A stretch of DNA of 64,000 bases, taken from positions 1 to 64,000 of the IMG/VR virus record IMGVR_UViG_3300047470_000212; one strand, written 5' to 3'. Of this stretch, positions 52,931 through 60,974 are shown piece by piece. This DNA is from a virus. Position 1 is the stretch's first letter; the number at the start of each line of letters is the position of its first letter. A program made the translations under genes and the position numbers. Under the pieces are notes generated by a model. That model ran no database searches. It was given only the letters and a program-made list of their open reading frames with translations, and was not told the DNA's origin.

Positions 52931-53579
52931 GGCGATCTCCTCCGACGACGGTGATGTGGGTGAAGGCGCCCTGGATGAAGGAGCCCATCGAGGGGTTGTA
53001 TGTGTCCCCCCACTTGCTCGGCGGGACGTTGGAGGTGACGAGGGTCGGCCGGGCCTCGCGGTGTCGAAGGCGCAGCAGGTCGTCCAGCAGGCCTTCGGCG
53101 TAGCCGGACTTGGTCTTGTGCTCCTTGCCGACGTCGTCGAGGAGGAGGACGGGCGCCTTCTCGGCCGCGACGATCTTGTCCGTGATCTCCCACCAGCGGG
53201 CAACGGCCTCGGGCTCGTGCCGGTCCTGGAGACCCATCCGCTCGATGGACAACTTCACGTAGTCCGAGTAGGCCAGCCACGCCACGGGCAGGCGGCGGCC
53301 GAAGTAGACCTCCAGCAGCGTGGACGTGGCGAGCGTGGTCTTGCCTGTGCCGGGCGGCCCTACGACCAGCAGCCCCTTGCCGATGGTGCTCCAGTCGGCC
53401 GGGTACTCGTTCAGGGGGCGCTTGTCCGTGACGTAGTGGTCCCGGAGGTTGTCCACGAACTCCTGGCAGACGGCCTTGTGCGGCGAGTCCGCCAACGTAT
53501 GAAGACGCAGGTGCTTGTAGTGCGCCGGGATGCCGTACTCCTTGAGCCGCAAGGCGTGGACCCGGGGGTCAGTCGCCAT
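52920..53579 (-). CDS. DnaC/IstB-like AAA+ helicase loader
   Basis: GPPGTGKT, LLLDDVGKE, TLVTSN, GGDRR. Confidence 0.85.
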   Translation of the reverse strand: MATDPRVHALRLKEYGIPAHYKHLRLHTLADSPHKAVCQEFVDNLRDHYVTDKRPLNEYPADWSTIGKGLLVVGPPGTGKTTLATSTLLEVYFGRRLPVAWLAYSDYVKLSIERMGLQDRHEPEAVARWWEITDKIVAAEKAPVLLLDDVGKEHKTKSGYAEGLLDDLLRLRHREARPTLVTSNVPPSKWGDTYNPSMGSFIQGAFTHITVVGGDRRAA

Positions 53580-53702
53580 GTGGATACCTCCTGGTGGTGG
53601 TGGGTTCAACGTTCAGGAGGCTACCACAGTTATCGCTTCCTGGATACGTCTTCGGAACGCGTAAGGGGCGGGCTGCCGAAGCAACCCGCCCCTGTGGGTC
53701 GG

Positions 53703-54770
53703 TCAGGACCAGTAGTCCTCGTTGAACCTGTTGTTCTCCACCTCGTCGACCTTGTCAGCCTTGCCCAGTCGCTGGGTCAGCAGCCCACGGGCGGCAAGGA
53801 AGTCCTTCCAGGCGACCACGTTGTCCGAGCGCTGCCAGGAGGTGGACCAGTAGGTGATGATCATCTGGCGTACCTCTTCGCGCCCAAGGCCCTGGGCCAT
53901 CCACCGGCCGAAGGTCCCAGTCAGGGCTCCGAGGTTGGTGGAGCCGGGGACCGGGTGACCTACTTCCCCGGCCCGGTGGTCGAAGAATTCCGCCAGTTCC
54001 TCCGAAGGCCTCTTGGAGCGCTTCTTAGGAGTTCGCCGGGCCGGAGGGGCCAGGTCGCCATCCGAAGCCGGGAGACGGGCGGCCAGGGACTCTCCTGGAT
54101 CACCGTCACCGATGGCCTGGGATACCACGTAGGCCGGATCGAGTTCCCGCTCGGCCTGCTCCTGCTCCAAGGCCTCCTGCTTCCGGGACTTCCTCTTGCC
54201 GCCAGGACCCCGGAGGGGGCGTACCGCATTCCAGCCCTTGGCTCCCGGCCTGGGAGTCTCCTCGGCATCGTAGAGATCCGACCGCGCCGACTGGCGCGGT
54301 GGAAGAGACGTAGTCTCTTCTATTTCTCTAGTAGTACTAGTTAGGTAGTTAGGGGTTGGGTGCACTCCAGTGCAGGGTGCAATATTTGCAGGGTCCTCTG
54401 GAGTTGTTATGTCACAACTACCTTCGTCGACCCCTGCATTATTTGCAGGTGTAGTTCTTGCACCCTTCTCGGGCTCCGGAATCCACTCTTCGATGGGGAG
54501 AATCCGGCGCACAGCGGACTTGTACCGCAGGGACTCCAGAGGCCTCTCCTCGTCGGAAACGGACTCGATGATGCGACGCTCCTCCAGGTCCCGCAGGACG
54601 TTGTAGGTCTGCCGCTCCTTGATGTTGGCCTTGCTGGCGATGGTTGGTACTGAAAGCCAGCACATCCGGAAGTCGTCATCCGCTGCGTCGGCCATGGCCA
54701 GCAGGACCAGTCGGGATGCAAGTCGGGTGTGCTTGCTCCGCATCACCTCGCCCATGATGATTACGCTCAC
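53703..54770 (-). CDS. replication initiator-like protein with N-terminal wHTH
   Basis: RLVLLAMADAADD...CWLSVPTIASKANIKERQTYNVLRDLEE is typical of phage replisome organisers; lies upstream of the DnaC-like gene. Confidence 0.75.
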   Translation of the reverse strand: MSVIIMGEVMRSKHTRLASRLVLLAMADAADDDFRMCWLSVPTIASKANIKERQTYNVLRDLEERRIIESVSDEERPLESLRYKSAVRRILPIEEWIPEPEKGARTTPANNAGVDEGSCDITTPEDPANIAPCTGVHPTPNYLTSTTREIEETTSLPPRQSARSDLYDAEETPRPGAKGWNAVRPLRGPGGKRKSRKQEALEQEQAERELDPAYVVSQAIGDGDPGESLAARLPASDGDLAPPARRTPKKRSKRPSEELAEFFDHRAGEVGHPVPGSTNLGALTGTFGRWMAQGLGREEVRQMIITYWSTSWQRSDNVVAWKDFLAARGLLTQRLGKADKVDEVENNRFNEDYWS

Positions 54771-54814
54771 TCGGCGACTCCGAGGAAGCGATAAGTATGA
54801 AGCGATAGCGTCAT
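54767..54814 (-). CDS. putative 15-aa leader ORF MTLSLHTYRFLGVAE, coupled to the initiator
   Basis: TGA overlaps the initiator GTG (GTGA); CTT-CAT-ACT in frame. Confidence 0.45.
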   Translation of the reverse strand: MTLSLHTYRFLGVAE

Positions 54815-54866
54815 GGTAATGTGCTCTCTATCTCGGGGTTTGTGGTGGGCCTCGGGGTGTGGTGGG

Positions 54867-54924
54867 CAAAGGCCCCCGGCAGTGGCTTGAAGGTCTTGAA
54901 CCTCGCCAGCGCCGGGGGCCTTTG
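54867..54924 (-). terminator. stem-loop, putative terminator
   Basis: CAAAGGCCCCCGGC...GCCGGGGGCCTTTG. Confidence 0.6.
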
Positions 54925-54930
54925 CGTTAC

Positions 54931-56160
54931 TCACTCCGAGTCGAGTTCGAGGCCCTTCTCCTCGATCTCCGCCCGGGTCAACTGCACGACGGTCTGTCCG
55001 GCCGGGATGCGGCCACGGCCGCGACGGGTGTAGTTGCCCTCGTCGTCGACCAGGTAGGCGAACGTCTTGTTCTCGTCACGCGGGCGACCACGACGCCGAC
55101 GGGGAGAGGACTGCTCCTCCTGGTCACCCTCCGGCTCCTGGTCACCCTCCGGCTCCTCGGCCGCCTCCGGCGCCTTCTGCTTCTGCTCGCCGGTCTCCGG
55201 CAGCGTATGAAGCGCCTTGCGCAGCAGTTCGGTCAGCGGTCGCTCGCGCACGTCGGCCTGGTTGATGATCGCGTTGCGCTCGTCCTCCAGACGGAAGGAG
55301 TTGTAGGCACCCTCCAAAGCGGCGCGTATCAGGAGCAGGTCGATCTCGGCGTCCGGGACCGGCTTGTCGGTCTCCTTCTGCTGCGCCTTGTGCTGCGCGC
55401 GGGCGATCGTCTCCTGCAAGGACTCCTTCTCCTCCTCGACAGGCGCCTCTTCCTCGACCGGCTCGGCGGCCTTGCGACCACGACGGCGGGGCTCCGGCTT
55501 CGGCTCCTCCTCCGGCTTGTCCTCGGTCAGCGGCTCCTCTTCCGGCTCGGCCGTCTCCGGCTCGGCGCGACGGCCACGGCGACCGCGACGGCGGGGCTCC
55601 TCCGGCTCGGGCTCCGGCTCGGGCTCCGGCTCGGGCTCCGGCTCCGCCTCGGGCTCGGCGTGGGTCTCGGCAGCGAAGGAGATGTCGTCGAGTCCGGCCG
55701 TCAGGTCCTTGGCCGTGATCCCAGCGGCCTCGGCCGCGTCCAGGAGGAGTTCGGCCTCCTCGCTGCCCTCGGAACCCCACAGCAGGATCACGTGGGCGTC
55801 GCCCTGACTGTCGGCGTTCTTGAGGAGTTCGACGATCCCGGCGGTGACGTTGGCAGTCTTCACGACCTCCTCGGCGTCCTTGAGGATCTTGTCGACGGCC
55901 CGGCTCTTCTCGCCGTCGGTGACCGCGACGAACGGGATGTCGGCCCACTCGGACCACTCCAGGACGGTCTCCAGTCCGTCGGACAGGTGCTTCTTGGTGA
56001 TCGGGAGGATGAGCGTGATCTCGCGCTCGGAGGGCTCGGGGTAGCCGTCCTTGTCTTCCTCGCCGAGGCCCACGAAGTCGTTCAGGAGGGCCTTGACGTT
56101 GTCCAGGTCGGTGGCGGCGTCGCCAGCGAAGGCGAGTGCGATGGGCTGAGTGCTGCTCAA
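54931..56160 (-). CDS. acidic protein with EP repeat and RRRGRP (AT-hook-like) motifs
   Basis: EPEPEPEPEPEPEP; RRRRGRPR; RRGRGRIP; TTG after GGAG. Confidence 0.65.
   Translation of the reverse strand: MSSTQPIALAFAGDAATDLDNVKALLNDFVGLGEEDKDGYPEPSEREITLILPITKKHLSDGLETVLEWSEWADIPFVAVTDGEKSRAVDKILKDAEEVVKTANVTAGIVELLKNADSQGDAHVILLWGSEGSEEAELLLDAAEAAGITAKDLTAGLDDISFAAETHAEPEAEPEPEPEPEPEPEPEEPRRRGRRGRRAEPETAEPEEEPLTEDKPEEEPKPEPRRRGRKAAEPVEEEAPVEEEKESLQETIARAQHKAQQKETDKPVPDAEIDLLLIRAALEGAYNSFRLEDERNAIINQADVRERPLTELLRKALHTLPETGEQKQKAPEAAEEPEGDQEPEGDQEEQSSPRRRRGRPRDENKTFAYLVDDEGNYTRRGRGRIPAGQTVVQLTRAEIEEKGLELDSE
55601..55657. repeat. 12-bp tandem repeat (TCCGGCTCGGGC) encoding poly-EP
   Basis: Seen directly. 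Confidence 0.8.
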
Positions 56161-56281
56161 GTCTGCTCCCGATGTGGTGTGTTTGCCGCCCTTCCGGCGA
56201 CAGGAGAAGACGTTACCGGTTACGGCTTCTAAAAGCAAGAAACCCCCGCTTCGCAAGCGAGGGTTTCAAAGCGTTTGACAA

Positions 56282-56566
56282 CTAGGGCAGGTCAGGAACC
56301 CTGCGACCGGTGGCCGGATGCCTACGAGGAAGCCGCAGCGCCGGGGCCACCGAACCACCCCGGACAGGGATGTGCAGCAGGGCCACCACTCCGGCCGCAG
56401 CCGCAGCAGTCAGCCAGGGGACGGGAACACGCTGCGCCTCGTAGGCCAGGCCGACAACCACGAGGGGCTGGAGCCAGGCCGGGAGGGTGAACGGGAGCAC
56501 GACGACCAGCCACTCCCACGCGGTGAACGTGGCGAATGCGATCAGCAGGAGCCGGAACCAGTCCAT
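56282..56566 (-). CDS. small membrane protein
   Basis: Hydrophobic, next to the holin-like gene. Confidence 0.6.
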   Translation of the reverse strand: MDWFRLLLIAFATFTAWEWLVVVLPFTLPAWLQPLVVVGLAYEAQRVPVPWLTAAAAAGVVALLHIPVRGGSVAPALRLPRRHPATGRRVPDLP

Positions 56567-56569
56567 AGG

Positions 56570-57100
56570 TCAGACCGACCTCGGGCCGAGGGGAGACTGC
56601 GGGAGCGCCTGGGTGGTGATGGTCTCCTGGGCGACCAGGGCTGGCTTGACCGCACGCTGGAGCGCAGCGTGCAGGGCGACGGCGATCTGCTCGATGGCCT
56701 CGGGACTCAGGGTGGCGCCGCTGACCTGCGCCGGGGGCTCGACTGCCTCCGTCTCCTCGACGTACTTGGCCAAGGTGGCGGGCGATATATGAAGCCGGTT
56801 CTCGGTCTCGGTGATCAGGGCGTTCTGGAGCCAGCCGAACCACGCGTACTTCTTGAGCAGCGAGTGGTAGAAGGCGGTGCCGGTCACCCAGGCGAGGAAG
56901 GACGCGACGACGGCCGGGGCCCAGTAGAAGTGCTGGGGGTGGGCCTGGTAGACGGCCCAGAAGCCCGTGGCGACCGCGAGGACGGCATGCGCGGCACCCT
57001 TGACCGTGGCGTTGGTCGACGGCCGGGTGAACAGCGCGACGATGGCTGGCAGGGCCAGGCCGACGACGAGGGAAGCCGCGTCGGCGTAGTTGGTGAGCAT
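56570..57100 (-). CDS. putative holin
   Basis: About 3 N-terminal TM helices; located after the tail genes. Confidence 0.55.
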   Translation of the reverse strand: MLTNYADAASLVVGLALPAIVALFTRPSTNATVKGAAHAVLAVATGFWAVYQAHPQHFYWAPAVVASFLAWVTGTAFYHSLLKKYAWFGWLQNALITETENRLHISPATLAKYVEETEAVEPPAQVSGATLSPEAIEQIAVALHAALQRAVKPALVAQETITTQALPQSPLGPRSV

Positions 57101-57123
57101 GCGTGTCCTTTACGGGTTCGTGG

Positions 57124-58338
57124 TTACTGGGTCGGGAGTACGGCATATTGGGGAACCGCTGAAGTGATTCCCAAAGGAGTATTCTCGTCGAGCAACGTGC
57201 GGATGAGGTAACTCCGCTCGGTGTAGTTCTCGTAGTAGTAGGAGCGGGTCAGGTTCGCGGTGCCGCTGGCTTCCCAGAGGTAGTCGGCGCCCATTGAGCC
57301 GTCGAAGTACGGGCGTACCGCTGCGCCTTCTTCGACCAGGACTCCGTCGAACCAGAAGATGCTCGACTGCCCGGCGGCCATGGTGGTCCGATCAACGAAC
57401 AGCCCCAAGGTCGTCGTTGATGCGCTCACGTCGAAGGTGACCCACACTGTGCGCCAGCGCTTGTTGCTCGGGTCCGGCTTGGCGCTGCGGAAGGAGACGC
57501 GGTTGACCAGGGTTGCGTTGTTCGACGCGTACGGAATGACATCCCCGCAGCCCTGCGCGACGGCGACACGTACGCTCGCCGTGTAGCGGCGCCCCGGGAT
57601 GAGCCCGTTCAGCGTCCAGTGGCTTCCGCCGTTGAGGGTTCCGGCAGATGGCACTGTGACCACGCACGAGGAGGTGCCTCGCCAACACAGGGAGTCCTGC
57701 GCCACGGTGGCGCTATTGAATCCGGTGACCCCTGTAATCCCACTCTCGAAGTTTGGGTTGGCGGCGTAGTTCAACCGTGTTGGCTTGATGACGACGCGCA
57801 GTTCCCTTGCGTTCTGGTAGGCGCTCGGTCCGGCCGAGCCCAGGGACAGCGGCTCGAACTGCACGGCGTCCAGGATCTGGTGTTTGTTCGCTGACATGCT
57901 GGCGAACTTGAAGCCGACGGAGGCGTACGTTGCCCGCTTCCAGGCGTACCCACCGCCGGATACGGGGTAGTCGACCGGGCCGGTGAACGCGGCGTACGGG
58001 CGGCTGTAGGAGCCTGCTACTCCTGACTTGAGCGTGCCGGAGGTGATGCCCATCCATGCCTGCGCCGGGTCGACACCTTGGTAGGGGTAGTGGGAGAAGT
58101 CCTTGAAGGCAGCCGCCGGGGCCTTCACTCCGGCCGAGAGCGCACCGTCCACGGAGAACTGTCCCGCCAGCGGCGCCAGTGGCTTGCCGCGTGGCACCTT
58201 GATGGCCAGGCCACCGTTGATGGTGACCAGGCCGAACAGGTCCGGGGAGTACGTGGTGAACTTCCGCGCGACGATGGTGCCGCTGACGGAGAACTGGTTG
58301 AAGTACTCCGTGGTGTTGCTGAAGGTCAGGTTCGGCAT
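57124..58338 (-). CDS. tail protein with carbohydrate-binding-like domain
   Basis: NYAANPNFESG, LIPGRRYTASV, FDGVLVEEG...PYFDGS. Confidence 0.65.
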   Translation of the reverse strand: MPNLTFSNTTEYFNQFSVSGTIVARKFTTYSPDLFGLVTINGGLAIKVPRGKPLAPLAGQFSVDGALSAGVKAPAAAFKDFSHYPYQGVDPAQAWMGITSGTLKSGVAGSYSRPYAAFTGPVDYPVSGGGYAWKRATYASVGFKFASMSANKHQILDAVQFEPLSLGSAGPSAYQNARELRVVIKPTRLNYAANPNFESGITGVTGFNSATVAQDSLCWRGTSSCVVTVPSAGTLNGGSHWTLNGLIPGRRYTASVRVAVAQGCGDVIPYASNNATLVNRVSFRSAKPDPSNKRWRTVWVTFDVSASTTTLGLFVDRTTMAAGQSSIFWFDGVLVEEGAAVRPYFDGSMGADYLWEASGTANLTRSYYYENYTERSYLIRTLLDENTPLGITSAVPQYAVLPTQ

Positions 58339-60320
58339 CAGGTGACCGCCATTCCCACGCGGGTGGCAGTGCTGAGCGTCGAGTTGGTAGTCGTGAGCAC
58401 CTGAGATCCGTTCCGGTAGACCGTGATGTTGCTCCCGGAGTAGGCCACCGTGATGCGGTCGCCGTCCGAGAACGCCGTGGAGTAGTTGAGGGTCGTGGTC
58501 GCCACGCCCGCCTGGATGAGGTGGAGTGCCGTCCTCCCGGCCCGCCAGTAGTTGCTGGAGTCCTGGAGCCGGAAGACCACACCCTGCTTGAGGGTGTTGC
58601 CGGGGTTGGTCAGGAGGGTCCCCGCCACCGTGCCGTCAGCGTGGCCCGGGATCGTGGCGATCGACGCCGTTGCACCAACTGGGTACGCGCAGCCGCCCCC
58701 GTAGCCGCCGGAGGTCCACTGCCCAAGGGTCTCGGCCCAGGACGCGGCCCCGATGTCCGAGGTGCGGGTCGTCCAGTTCACCCATCCCTGGGTGAAGGAG
58801 TCGAGCACGTTGTACGCGGGCAGGGCGTCGCTGTACAGCGAGGTGATCAGAGTTCCGTGGTTGTCGTAGTACTCGACGAACGGGTACACGTTCACCTGCT
58901 CGCCGGAGTACGCCTGCGCGTAGCCGGACAGGCACATCTGCACGCGCTCGTCGTATCCCAGCGGCGTCCACTGTGCGTTCGCGGTAGGTGTGTCCGGCGG
59001 GGCGACGTTGATGCTCGCGGTGAGCGCCTGGTAGACGCGGCCGTGGAAGATGACGGAGTCGCCGGGCTGGTAGTAGGTGTCGTCGTCCCAGGACTGCCAG
59101 GTGTACGGCAGCGGGACGCCGAACAGGACCGGCTGCTGCGGGTCCATCGTCGCCTGCCCGGAGACGCGGCCGACGGAGCGCACGCCCATGGTGGCGACCG
59201 ACCCACCGGAGTTGGTGTTACGCACCCACAGCGCGTTGCCCGCCTTGTCATCAGGGTTGGTTGGGTTCTGCACGCCGATGCCCACCAGGACGCCGTTGGT
59301 GCCCGGGGTGACGCCTGCGGTGAAGGAGATCTCTTCCCATCCGGCGACGTGTCCGTTGGCGTCGACCAGCGTGGAGTCTGTGCCGTACTGAACCACCGTC
59401 CAGTAGGCATTGGAGGAGTTGGTACCCGTAGGGATCTGGGAGGCACCGTAGGCGCCGCTGCTGCCCGCCTGGTAGAGGTAGGAGCCGAACTCAGCCTTGT
59501 CTCCGGCCGCATAGTTCACGCTCGCGTCCCACTGCGGGAAGGACGGGTGGTCGAAGTCCGCCTGGTCGTCGGAGAGCATGAGGTTGTAGCCGATGGACAG
59601 GTCGGCGTCGTAGCCGGTCGTCTCGGAGATGATGGACCTGATCTGCTCCAGGGTGCCCTTCTGGCGGCCGAGGGTCGCAGCGTCACGCACCCGCTGCCGG
59701 AAGAGGTAGGCCGGAGTGGACGCCTCGTACTCGATACCGAACTGCGTAGCCAACTGGGAGATGTTGTCGAAGCGGGTGCGCATCGCATCGTTGGTGTACC
59801 GGTTGGAGTCGTAGTACGACCTCACCATGTCGAAGCCGAACCCGAAGATCGACAGGAACGGATGCAGGAACGGGTTCAAGGTGTTGGAGTCGTCGGTGAC
59901 GTTGTTGCCCGGCGCGATGTCGACCTTGTAGTGCTCGGGAACGAGCCCGTACAGGAGGTCGGTGTACCCGTTGTCCTTCGGCATGAGGCAGGACACTGTG
60001 CCCGCGCGGGACCACTGGCCGGACGCCTTGATGAAGATCGTGTAGTACAGCCAGTGCCCCCCGACCACGCCCCTGTCGACGAACGACGTCGACTTGGATG
60101 TCTGGTCGAGCAGGACCTCTCCGTCGTTCTCGTTGACGGCCCAGCCGAACCTGTTGCGCAGTAGGCGCAGGTTGGTCCACGAACCGGCTGGGGACGCCCA
60201 GTCGAGCAGCACGGTGGAGTAGTCGGCGGGCGTGGCTGTGAACGGGCTGACGTCGAACTCGGCCCGGATGTCCGTGCCGTACTTCGAGAGCCCGTATTTG
60301 GAGACGCCGTATGTACCCAA
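58338..60320 (-). CDS. baseplate wedge/tail protein (P2 gpI-like segment plus CBM-like repeats)
   Basis: LYGLVPEHY...FLSIFGF...LATQFG...KGT; WDASVNYAAGD and WDDDTYYQPGD repeats. Confidence 0.7.
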   Translation of the reverse strand: MGTYGVSKYGLSKYGTDIRAEFDVSPFTATPADYSTVLLDWASPAGSWTNLRLLRNRFGWAVNENDGEVLLDQTSKSTSFVDRGVVGGHWLYYTIFIKASGQWSRAGTVSCLMPKDNGYTDLLYGLVPEHYKVDIAPGNNVTDDSNTLNPFLHPFLSIFGFGFDMVRSYYDSNRYTNDAMRTRFDNISQLATQFGIEYEASTPAYLFRQRVRDAATLGRQKGTLEQIRSIISETTGYDADLSIGYNLMLSDDQADFDHPSFPQWDASVNYAAGDKAEFGSYLYQAGSSGAYGASQIPTGTNSSNAYWTVVQYGTDSTLVDANGHVAGWEEISFTAGVTPGTNGVLVGIGVQNPTNPDDKAGNALWVRNTNSGGSVATMGVRSVGRVSGQATMDPQQPVLFGVPLPYTWQSWDDDTYYQPGDSVIFHGRVYQALTASINVAPPDTPTANAQWTPLGYDERVQMCLSGYAQAYSGEQVNVYPFVEYYDNHGTLITSLYSDALPAYNVLDSFTQGWVNWTTRTSDIGAASWAETLGQWTSGGYGGGCAYPVGATASIATIPGHADGTVAGTLLTNPGNTLKQGVVFRLQDSSNYWRAGRTALHLIQAGVATTTLNYSTAFSDGDRITVAYSGSNITVYRNGSQVLTTTNSTLSTATRVGMAVT

Positions 60321-60326
60321 GGCGGA

Positions 60327-60974
60327 TCACATCTCCCGGAGCATGGAGACGGAGAAATTGATCTCGTCCAGGGTGTAGGTCTTGCCACCGAAGGGGTTGC
60401 GCTCGATCATCTCGATCTTCTTGCCCGCGCTCACGGGGCCCTGCCAGAACGCCGTCGTGTGGCTGTAGCCGTTGAAGTTGTGCGTGACGGTGTGGCAGAC
60501 GACGCGGCTACCGCCGACGGCGATGCCCAGCCAGCGCTCGGGGTCTTCGAGCAGGATCGTGCCTCGGCAGTACGCGGAGGCTAGCCACCAGCCGGTGCGG
60601 TTGGCGGTGACCGAGGAGCCGTTGAAGATGCCCTCGGGGTCGTTGGTCGCCGACGGCCTGGGGAACGGGATCGGCACGCGCTCGGCAGCGGCGGAGATGT
60701 GCGTCTTCACAGGCTTGAAGGTGTGCGAGGTCTTGGTCATGTAGCAGACGGGTATGCCCTTGCCGCGCTGGATGGAGTCGAGACGATCGGCGACCGAGGC
60801 CCACTTGTTCGTCTTCATCTTCAGCGTGGTGTCCTGGTGCGGGTTGATGCCCAGGGTCTGCTGCATGGCCAGCACTTCGTCTTGCAGGTTGTTCACGTGG
60901 GAGGCGTCGATATCCTCGACGAGGTTCTTGTGCGTCGTGAACGTCTTGTACTGGTGTGGGTAGACAGCGGCCAT
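60327..60974 (-). CDS. tail/baseplate-associated protein
   Basis: ASHVNNLQDEVLAMQQTLG; position after baseplate J. Confidence 0.55.
   Translation of the reverse strand: MAAVYPHQYKTFTTHKNLVEDIDASHVNNLQDEVLAMQQTLGINPHQDTTLKMKTNKWASVADRLDSIQRGKGIPVCYMTKTSHTFKPVKTHISAAAERVPIPFPRPSATNDPEGIFNGSSVTANRTGWWLASAYCRGTILLEDPERWLGIAVGGSRVVCHTVTHNFNGYSHTTAFWQGPVSAGKKIEMIERNPFGGKTYTLDEINFSVSMLREM

Noticed and set aside
40191-54814. Programmed frameshift at CTT-CAT fusing mini-ORFs to downstream genes
   Set aside because: The required shift is -1 for recA and the initiator but +1 for the HNH gene. In-gene copies lie within intact conserved domains where a shift would truncate the protein. Not excluded, but inconsistent.
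665-56794. Reading the TATGAAG repeats as a CRISPR array or as -10 promoter boxes
   Set aside because: The copies are short, dispersed and irregularly spaced. TATGAA lacks the final T of TANNNT, has no associated -35, and would point antisense.
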